Below, in pieces: positions 55,774 to 64,000 of a stretch of DNA of 64,000 nt (position 1 is its first letter; each line of letters begins with the position of its first letter). This stretch comes from Carpediemonas membranifera BICM (Eukaryota > Protista > Fornicata). The notes below the pieces were generated by a model. It worked only from the letters and a program-made list of their open reading frames with translations. It was not told the DNA's origin and did no database searches. The position numbers and the translations under genes are program-made. Where the stretch lies: positions 36,548 through 100,547 of the forward strand of contig JAHDYR010000042.1 of NCBI GenBank assembly GCA_019828565.1. The letters run 5' to 3'.

Positions 55774-55835
55774 CTTGACTTAAAGTCAAGTTTTGGCCTT
55801 GACTTTAAGTCACAAAAACTTGACTTGAAGTCAAG
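55774..55835. repeat. Three 17-bp imperfect palindromes CTTGACTTNAAGTCAAG
   Basis: Copies start at 55774, 55798 and 55819. Confidence 0.85.
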
Positions 55836-55842
55836 GAATTGA

Positions 55843-56323
55843 CAGTATGGCACCCTGGTCTTCACGCCCGATGCCCTCGACATGCCGCTCGACGCTCTGC
55901 GCCCGGTCCTGTTGGGGCTCGGCCGCATGCTGCAGCTCATGCTGCTCGACGGCATCACCCTGCCCGCGAACATGGTCAGCGACGCCTGGCTCGTCGCGCT
56001 CACGGGCGGCCGCATCGACCTGAGAGCGCTGATGCCCATCGTCGACCAGGCGCTGCAGACATCGCTCAGGGACGCCAGCGCCGCGTGCCCGCTCGAGCGC
56101 TTCGAGGGTAACCTCAAGGCGTACGACGACGAGGTGACACGCCGCTTCGCCGAGCGCATGCAGCTTGTCCGCAACGGCATGGCCGCGAAGACGCGCTTCA
56201 GCGAGAAGGTCCTCGTGCTAACAGCCGCCCAGCTGCGGGCCCTGCTCGTGCGCCCCAACCCGCTCACGGTCGCCGCCGTGCTCGCCCCGCTGCGCTTCCC
56301 AGAGGACAGCCAGGGCGTGCAGG
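55843..56323 (+). pseudogene. HECT-domain-like gene fragment truncated by E3
   Basis: GLGRMLQLMLLDGITLP and MQLVRNGM...LTAAQLRALL resemble HECT N-lobe motifs; strong GC3 bias. Confidence 0.45.
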
Positions 56324-59300
56324 TGTGAAGCGAACTGTTTATAGGTAAACCGTCTAAAGGTAAAAATGGTCTAAACTACCGTGACACTACCCTCTCTTTG
56401 GAAGAAAACCCCTCCTGGGGAGCAAAAGAAACCAAAGAGGGACCTTAAACGTAATTAGCAAGGTTCTTACGGGCCTTCCGAGCACGGCGCTTAACCTCTT
56501 CGACGTGGGACACAGACCTTAGGTGCTGTTCCGTGCGTTCATCATAGTTTTTCCACTTAATGGTCACCATACCGGTTTTCCAGTCGATCTTCTCGATCTT
56601 TTCGATCTCAAACTATTCCTTATCGGATTCGGCTAATTGCTTCATTTGAGTCTCTTCAAGATCTGTCTCAAATGGCATCAGTTTGTCGACGTGGGTAACT
56701 CTAATGTCTCCTGTGACAATAGATTGCAGCTTCACCTTATGGTTCGGCAGTACCTCGTGAATCTTCCACGGGCCTCTGTTCGGGCAGTCGAGCTTCTTGG
56801 GGTTTTCATGTTTCCATAGGACATAGTCACCTACTTCTACCCCCTTCGTCTCGATCTGGCTCCTGGCGGATGTGCCTTCCCTTACGGAGTCTTCCAGTGT
56901 CCTTAGGACCTCCTGGAGAGATTGCTTGAACTCAACAATCCTCTTGTTGCCCCACTCTGCCCCGTCCCACTCAGTGGAAAATAGGTTGTGAGGCTGACCG
57001 AATATTAATTCATGAGGGGAGAACTGCGTAGCAGTGTGTGTCGTGCCATTAAGTATCATTTGAACGGTTGGCACCAATGTTGCCCACTCGTCTCGGCTCG
57101 CAATAGCGAGGACCATCCACCTTAAGTGGCGACCAATCTCTGCATTTCTCCTCTCCACCAGCCCATTACTCTGGGGGTGATATGGGATCGTGAAGTGCCG
57201 AAGCACCTTCAGCTCCGTGAGCATCGCGTCCAGTATGGAGTTTGCGTATTCCGGACCCCCATCAGATTGGAGTTCGAGAGGGACACCGTATCTCGTAAAG
57301 ACTCGGTCCCATAGGGCCTGTGAAACTGTGCGTGCGTCATCGCTGGCTACGGGGATAAGCTCCGTATACCTAGTGAACATGTCAACTGCTGTGACGATGT
57401 ATCGTGCCCCCAGATTATCCAAGGGCAGTGGTCCAATGGTGTCCACAGCCACGGTCTCCCATGGCTTGCCTCTAAGGCTGGATCCTGCTTCGACCTCAAT
57501 GTAGTTTCTTATTCTCGACTTGAGGCAGATCGGGCACCGCTTAACGGTTCGTCTGACATCATTCAGCATGCTAGGCCAAAAACCCATCTTCTTCAGCATC
57601 TGATACGTGGCATTTGAGCCAGTGTGGAATTGATGTGCCAACTGCAGGAAGGTGTCGCGTAGCTTACCGTCCGGGATGATCGGGACTCCTTGTACGAAGT
57701 ACGTAGAGTCCACCAGGGTGCAGCCGTCTAGGCCTTCCCAACCGATCCTATGTTCCTCAGGGAGGCTGGCCTGGGCCTCGCTGATATCCCATAGGGACGG
57801 TATCACCTCGCTCTCCTCTGCTTCTAGCAGATTTAAGGAGTGTGAGTCCCGGCAGGTGCTCTGCACCCGCGACAGCATATCTGCCATGACGTTAGCGTTA
57901 CCAGATATATGACTAATGGTGAACGTGTAGTCCGATAGGACGGTAACCCAGCGAAGGAGCTTCTTTGATAGCTCTTTCCTCTGTAGTAAATATACCAAGT
58001 TGCGGTGATCCGTATGAATCTGGATATCATCCTTCAACCTAAAGAGTTGGGCCATATCGGGCCGCGTCAGGCAGTATATGATCGCATGAAGCTCTTGTTC
58101 ATACGTGGGCCACCTGGACTGGGTGGCACTGTGGCTCTTAGAGAACAGTGAGACGAGTTCCCGGTTACCGGACTCGTCCTCCTGGACTAAAATACCCCCG
58201 AGTCCTTCGTTAGACGCGTCCGTCTCAAGGATCCATTTCTTAGAAAGGTCGGGGAAACTCAGGATCAAGTCGGATGATAGCCGTTCCTTGAAAGCTTCGA
58301 AAGCTTCATCCTGCTCTTGGGTCCAGGTGATCAGCTGTTGATCTTTTGACGCTTTAAGCATGTCATTAAGCGGCTTTAGGAGGCGCGACGCGTCCGATAC
58401 GAACTGCGCGACATAGTTAAATGATCCTAGAGTGCGCTGAAGCTGCTTCGGAGTTTCCGGTCTGGGGATGGCTCTTACGGCATCTACCCTCTCGGGGGAA
58501 AGTTGCTTCCCTTTTTCTGAGATAATATATCCCACGGCCTCGATGTGATCTGTACCAATTACACATTTTGGGCCCTTCAGACGTAGTCTATACTCCTTGC
58601 AGATGTCAAAGACTTTCTCGAGGATCTCTAAGAACTCCTCTTCTGTCTTGGCGTAGACCATAAGGTCATCAATGTAAATGTCAACTCCTTTGTGGAGGAC
58701 CGGGGCGAACGCCTTTTGCATTGCCTTTTGGAACCTAGAGGGTGCATTGCAGAGCCCAAATGGGCACCGGCGGAACTCCATGTAATGGTCCGGTGTGACA
58801 AAAGCTGTCTTCGGAATGTCCGTCTCCTCCATGCTCATTTGATAATAGCCCTGCCGTAGGTCAAGAGCCGCAAAAATCTTGCATCCAGCTGCCCTATCGA
58901 CGAACTGACGGAGGTTTGGTAGTGGGAATTTGTCCTTCACTGTATTGGCATTGAGGGCCTTGTAGTCGACACATAGTCTGATCTTATCTGATCCCTTGTG
59001 TCCCTTACGGACAACTACAATGGGTGAGCTGAACGGTCCCGATGAGGGTTGGATTATCCCGTCCGCCACTAGGTTCTCGAGCTCATCATTCACGAGCTCA
59101 TTTGTTGTCTCAGCGAGGCTTCTAGGCCGCAGCTGGACGAGCTCCCTCACGATCTATGAGCTCTATAGACATTTTGTCCAGGCGAGACCCTTCACTAGGC
59201 AGGGTTTCGTCAAAGACCTCTTCGGCCTCAAGAATCTTAGATATGATTTGGTCCCGAATTTTTAGATTCGGGGACCGTTACACCAAGACTTCCTGGGTGT

Positions 59301-60059
59301 CACACACGTTGGCTTCTGAATCCAAGTATCGGTGTGCAAAGGGGAGCCACTCATCTTCGTTCGGGTCCGACATAATCTTCCCCAAGTTGAAGTTTAGGGT
59401 CTCGTCCCCAATCAGCCCTAAGGCTCTGAGGACGTCGCATCCAAGGAGTACCTTGAAAGCTTCCCCAGGCAGCACGTAGTACCGCCACTTGACCCTAATG
59501 GGCGCAGCCCCAATATTAGGAAGAATTATCTCCATTTCAGCCACTTGGTCTGTTGTGACAGTGCTGTTATCGCCCAGGGTTACCATGATGCGTTCCCCTA
59601 TTGACACGCTGACTGCCTCTTTTGGCAGTTTACGCAACGCCGCCTTGCTCATAAAGCTTCTAGAGGCTCCGGTGTCAACAATGAACCGATATTGATTTTC
59701 CTTTAATACGGCGGACGTAGTCATAGGGCCTTCAGCGATAGCTGCGAGGTTAGCCCTCGGCCTTCCTCTCCTCCAGCCGATGCTTTTGGATGCTGGGGGC
59801 AGCGGAAGGACTTGTGCCCGTACTTCTCGCAGATGGGGCAGAAGGGGATCCCGAGCCTATTCTTGATGGGATCTGGGCCCTTAGGACCCTGGGGAGGCTG
59901 TTGAGCCGGCCCCTTGTGGGGGTGACTGGGCTGACCGCCCTGGCGCTGCCAGTTCTTTCTCTTGCCCGTATGGGCTTGAGGGCGGTCTGTAGGCTGGACA
60001 TGGCCCAGGGGGGTGAACCCCCGCTTATCGAGGCGCTTGGCTGCCTTCACGGCACACTT
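56324..60059 (-). mobile_element. Chromodomain Ty3/gypsy retrotransposon E3 (3' part); gag interrupted by E4
   Basis: Putative 63-bp 3' LTR 56324-56386 (TGTCAC...TTCACA) after PPT AAAGAGAGGGTAG; CPICEKYGHKSFRC, IVDTGAS, YIDD, RNase H, integrase; chromodomain after an in-frame TAG at 56613. Confidence 0.9.
56613..59150 (-). CDS. Pol (RT-RNase H-integrase) of E3
   Basis: RLCVDYKALN, LDLRQGYYQ, YIDD, TDASNEG, VDTIGP, SDGGPEY, NRGPW. Confidence 0.9.
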   Translation of the reverse strand: MRELVQLRPRSLAETTNELVNDELENLVADGIIQPSSGPFSSPIVVVRKGHKGSDKIRLCVDYKALNANTVKDKFPLPNLRQFVDRAAGCKIFAALDLRQGYYQMSMEETDIPKTAFVTPDHYMEFRRCPFGLCNAPSRFQKAMQKAFAPVLHKGVDIYIDDLMVYAKTEEEFLEILEKVFDICKEYRLRLKGPKCVIGTDHIEAVGYIISEKGKQLSPERVDAVRAIPRPETPKQLQRTLGSFNYVAQFVSDASRLLKPLNDMLKASKDQQLITWTQEQDEAFEAFKERLSSDLILSFPDLSKKWILETDASNEGLGGILVQEDESGNRELVSLFSKSHSATQSRWPTYEQELHAIIYCLTRPDMAQLFRLKDDIQIHTDHRNLVYLLQRKELSKKLLRWVTVLSDYTFTISHISGNANVMADMLSRVQSTCRDSHSLNLLEAEESEVIPSLWDISEAQASLPEEHRIGWEGLDGCTLVDSTYFVQGVPIIPDGKLRDTFLQLAHQFHTGSNATYQMLKKMGFWPSMLNDVRRTVKRCPICLKSRIRNYIEVEAGSSLRGKPWETVAVDTIGPLPLDNLGARYIVTAVDMFTRYTELIPVASDDARTVSQALWDRVFTRYGVPLELQSDGGPEYANSILDAMLTELKVLRHFTIPYHPQSNGLVERRNAEIGRHLRWMVLAIASRDEWATLVPTVQMILNGTTHTATQFSPHELIFGQPHNLFSTEWDGAEWGNKRIVEFKQSLQEVLRTLEDSVREGTSARSQIETKGVEVGDYVLWKHENPKKLDCPNRGPWKIHEVLPNHKVKLQSIVTGDIRVTHVDKLMPFETDLEETQMKQLAESDKE

Positions 60060-63000
60060 TGTGGTGAGGCGCAGTTTAAGGTTTTGGTTTTTGACCATTT
60101 TCACCACTGCGGTTTCCAGGAGTAAATCAGTTCTCATCCATTAATTGGAAAGTTCCCTTCAAGGCCAAACCAAGCACAGTATCGATACTACATGCAGTCT
60201 TTTGGCATCACCATCCCGTATTTGCGATCGCTTACGCGTTCTGCCTTCTTCACCTTCCAGGACGACGTCGATCACTACCAAGTTCAAGCGAGAGCCCTCA
60301 ATCTCCAACTACCTCCCCTTGCAACCTTCCTTAGCCCATCTGTCACGCGCCTCGTGCGCCTCCGCGTCCCTATCGACGATATCCCCGACGGCGACCTCTT
60401 CGACACTATCGCGACCGAGTTCTTCAAGTTTCATACACAAGTTGAAGCTTACCAGTCTATCCAGCGCCTCCGCCTGCGCTCCCTCGAGCCGCCGGCCCTC
60501 TTAGCCCACATAGACACTTACCATAAGACCCTCGCGCTATGTGATGATAACACTCGCCCCATCGATCAACAGACGCGGAAGCTCTTCACTGCCTCGCTCC
60601 CCTCGGCCCTCAAGACTCGCCTCAAGATCGTTAGCCCCGAGACCTTCGCTGAGGCCTGTGAGGCGGCCATCACAGAGCTCGATGACATAGTCTCCATCCG
60701 CGCGCAGAGCGAATCTTTCCGCGACGAGCCCCGCCTCGACATGCCGCCCCGGCGCCCTCCGCCCATCAAGGCCAAGGCTGAGCCGACCGCCCCTACCGTC
60801 GATCGCCGGCCGAAGTCGGAGCTCATCTGCCACGGTTGTGGCCTCACAGGTCATGTACGGCCCGAGTGCCCTCACCGGGATCACCCCGGCTTCTTCGCGC
60901 ATGGCATCCGTCGCCAAGCGCTCAACCTCACTGCTAAGTTGGCCGCCCACACCAACAACAGCAGCCCTCATGTGAGCCTCCATTTCTCTGACCACGTCCC
61001 TCGCACCGCCTTGCTTGATACCGGTGCCAGCCTTAACTTCATCCCTCCAGCGCTTGCCGAGGGAGATGCACCTGCGTCTCTTCGAGGCCCACGTCCCGCT
61101 CGAGACGGCCAACGGCACTATTACCGCGGAGTATACGACCCGTCCCGTGACTATCACACTGCAGCTCGAGCGCCCAGTGGAGGTCACGGCGGAGTTCTTC
61201 GTCCTCCCTTCCGCCGGAGAGCTAATCATCGGCGTGCCCACGATACGCGCCGTGGGTTTGTTGCCCGACCTGCTCGCCCCGCGCGCCGAGGCAGAGTTCG
61301 TTGAGGCCACCCCGGTGCCCCTGCCTGACGATCGTGCACCAGCCGAGATCGCTCATCCGCTGATCCAGGACTACCCGGACCTGTTCGCTTCTGAACTGCC
61401 TGGTGTCATCGGTGTTGAGCCTTTCCACATTGACCTATCCGACACCGACGTCGCCCCGTTTCCACCGCGCCGTATGTCGCCCGCCCTAGCTGAGGCCGTC
61501 AAGGCAGAGGTAGATGGGCTCCTCGCCAGAGGCATTATCCAACCCTCGACCTCGCCTTTCGCCTCCCCCGCCTTCACAGTGCCGAAGCGCGGGGGCAAGC
61601 GTCGCATGGTAATTGACTACCGGCGCCTGAACGAGAAAACGGTCCCCCTGCAGTACCCGCTAAGCAACCCGGCTGAGCTGCATCGTAGGCTCGCCGGCCA
61701 TAACTACTACACGACGATTGACCTGGTCAGCGGATATCACCAGGTTCCGGTGGACCCGGCCTCCCGTCCTCTCACGGCATTCGCGACGCCCGCTGGCCTG
61801 TTTGAGTTCTGCCGTCTCCCTTTCGGTCTACGTTGTGCCCCTGCCTTTTTCCAACGTATGATGATGTCTGTGCTCAACGGACTCGTCGGTCGCATCTGTG
61901 AGGTATACCTAGACGACGTGATCATCCATGGGGACACCCAGGAAGAGCTGGATCGCAACACGCGCGCCGTATTCGACCGCCTCCAGCAACACCAGTTCCG
62001 TCTGGGTTGTGACAAGTGCCAGTTCGCGAAGACCGAGGTAGAGTACGTGGGACACCTCATCTCGAAGAAAGGCATCCGCACATCACCGGAGCGCGTCGCT
62101 GCTATCGTCGCGATGAAGCCCCCTTCGTCGGTCGCGGCGGTGCGCTCATTCACGGGTATGACTAACTACCTGCGGGAATTTATTCCGAACTACGCATCGG
62201 TCCTGGCGCCCATCGTCGACCTCACCAAGGCAAAAGTGCCGTTCGTCTGGGGCAAAGCCCAACAGCAGGCCTTCGAGGAAGTGAAGCGCCTCATCATGCG
62301 CCGACCGATCCTCGCGTACCCCGACTACTCCCGGACGCTCATCGTGCGTACCGACGCCTCCACCGCCGGTTGCGGCGGTGTTCTCCTACAGGAGAAGGAC
62401 GGTGAGGAACAAGTCATCGCCTACACCTCCCACCGTTTCACTGAGGCCGAGCAACGCTGGAGCACCATCGAGCAGGAGCTCTTTGGCGTGTTCCATGCCA
62501 TCATCAGCTTCGAGCATTTCATCCTAGGGCACCCCTTCGTTGTCGAGACGGACCATCGGAATTTGACCTATCTTGAGTCCACCACTACGCCTAAGCTCGT
62601 CCGCTGGCGCCTTCGCCTCTCCGAATACGACTTCACGGTCCGTCACATCGCCGGAGTCAACAACGAGGTGGCCGATTGCCTTTCCAGATGCCTGACGATT
62701 CGCTCACAGCGCGTGGCATCCCCGGTGGACATTACCAACCAGGTACGGCAGCTTTTTGGCAAGTGCCACAACGCCCGTGTTGGACACATGGGCACCCGCA
62801 TCACGACGGATCGGATCGCCGCCCAGCTACCTTCGTTTGCCCGCAAGGCGATCGAGAAACACGTCAAGCCCCCTAGTCCGTACATGCCCGGTGTGCCAGC
62901 TCACGCGACAGCGCGCCAAGGTCAGTGTAGACCTCCCTCGCCAGCCCACAATGGCACCGTACCCCATGCACACCTGGGCCGTGGACTTTATTGGCCCGTT

Positions 63001-64000
63001 CCCGGAAGAACACGGTTTCCGTCACATCCCTAGCCGCCGTTGACTGCTTCTCCCGGTTCGTGGAGCTAGTTCCCACGCCCGATTGCACCGCGCAGTCAGC
63101 GGTCACGGCCATCATGCAACTGGTGGGCCGCTACGGATGCCCGGCACACATTCGCTCTGATCAGGGCCCCCACTTTACCGCCCACCTGTTTTGCTCAGCT
63201 CTCGCGCATCCTGAACATTCAGCACGACTTTACGCTCCCGTACCATCACCAGTATAACGGCATCATCGAGCGCCGCAACAAGGAAGTGAACCGCCACCTC
63301 CGCGCCGCCATGAACGAGCTGACCGATGATTTAGCCGACTGGGTTGCCTGTCTCCCGCTTGTACAGCGCACTCTGAACTGCACGCCGTGTGCAGCCACCG
63401 GCAACATACCCCCGGCCAACATCATGTTCGGTAACCTCACCGACACGGACCGAGTACTGCTACACAACCCGGTGGAGGGGTGGGCGACGTCGCATTGTAC
63501 TACGACAACCTGCTTGAGGCACAGAGACAGCTTGTCAAGGCCGTGCCAGTTCCTAAGCCACGTCCGGTCACCCAGACCACTTTCACTGTCGGCCAAGCTG
63601 TTGTGGTCACCAGGCCCGACAATGCCCGTGGCCCCTCTCGTCTGAGCCCCATCTATATGGGCCCCTTACACCGTAGCCTCCCTCGACGGCACACTCGCCA
63701 CCCTCACGACTCTTCGAACTCGTGCCGAAGAGACGTATGATCTCCCGCCGCCTCGTTCCCTTCCTCGGCGACTACACCCCGACGACCTCACCGCCTTCGC
63801 TGCCGCCGGTGAGCAAGAATACACCGTCGAAGACATCATCGACCACCGCTCTGGTCGTACCAAGACCCGTTTCCGTTTCCGTGTCCGCTGGGCCGGCTAC
63901 GGTCCCGATGACGACACCTGGCTTCCCTATGCCGAGGTCCGTGACCTCGAAGCCCTCGACCGGTACTTGTCGAAGACCGGCATTCAGCTGTAATAGAGGG
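60060..64000 (+). mobile_element. Chromodomain Ty3/gypsy retrotransposon E4 nested in E3; runs off the window at its PPT
   Basis: Putative 5' LTR 60060-60178 (TGTGG...AAGCACA; start inferred), palindrome 60178-60189, gag ATG 60192, stop 63991-63993, PPT start AGAGGG. Confidence 0.9.
60192..63993 (+). CDS. Gag-Pol polyprotein of E4 (multiple apparent single-base frameshifts)
   Basis: CHGCGLTGHVRPEC, LLDTGAS, YLDD, TDASTAG, VDFIGP, SDQGPHF; chromodomain YTVEDII...FRVRWAGYGPDDDTW. Confidence 0.88.

Noticed and set aside
56613-56615. Stop-codon readthrough or a variant genetic code (TAG before the E3 chromodomain; TGA in the WD40 gene)
   Set aside because: Housekeeping genes here end at TAA, TAG and TGA normally; these are isolated substitutions in disrupted sequences.

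Overview
Eukaryotic DNA from a compact-genome flagellated protist. It has CFAP20, 28-39 nt spliceosomal introns and very short intergenic spaces; a free-living metamonad-like organism is my inference, not proven. A gene-dense island at ~5.0-31.5 kb holds NADAR, a TmcB-like receptor, Pol I/III AC19, CWC27, DCP1, GLE1, an MFS transporter, PDK1, GAA1, a CDK7-like kinase, IWS1, RPL10A, CFAP20, HMG-CoA synthase, an SRF-type MADS factor and a P-loop kinase. Both sides are zones of nested Ty3/gypsy LTR retrotransposons (five distinct families, four with a visible chromodomain), disrupted genes, satellites and a tyrosine-recombinase-like/OTU module. Main observation: all four elements whose 5' LTR end is visible lack a tRNA primer-binding site (no TGG). 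Each instead has a different perfect 12-14 bp palindrome overlapping the LTR end (AGTTATATAACT, AGTACTAGTACT, ACAGTGATCACTGT, AGTATCGATACT), with very short LTRs (53-122 bp) and a gag ATG 12-33 nt downstream. This suggests a tRNA-independent, palindrome (dimer)-based priming system. Many single-base frameshifts, often in G/C runs, look like long-read assembly errors.
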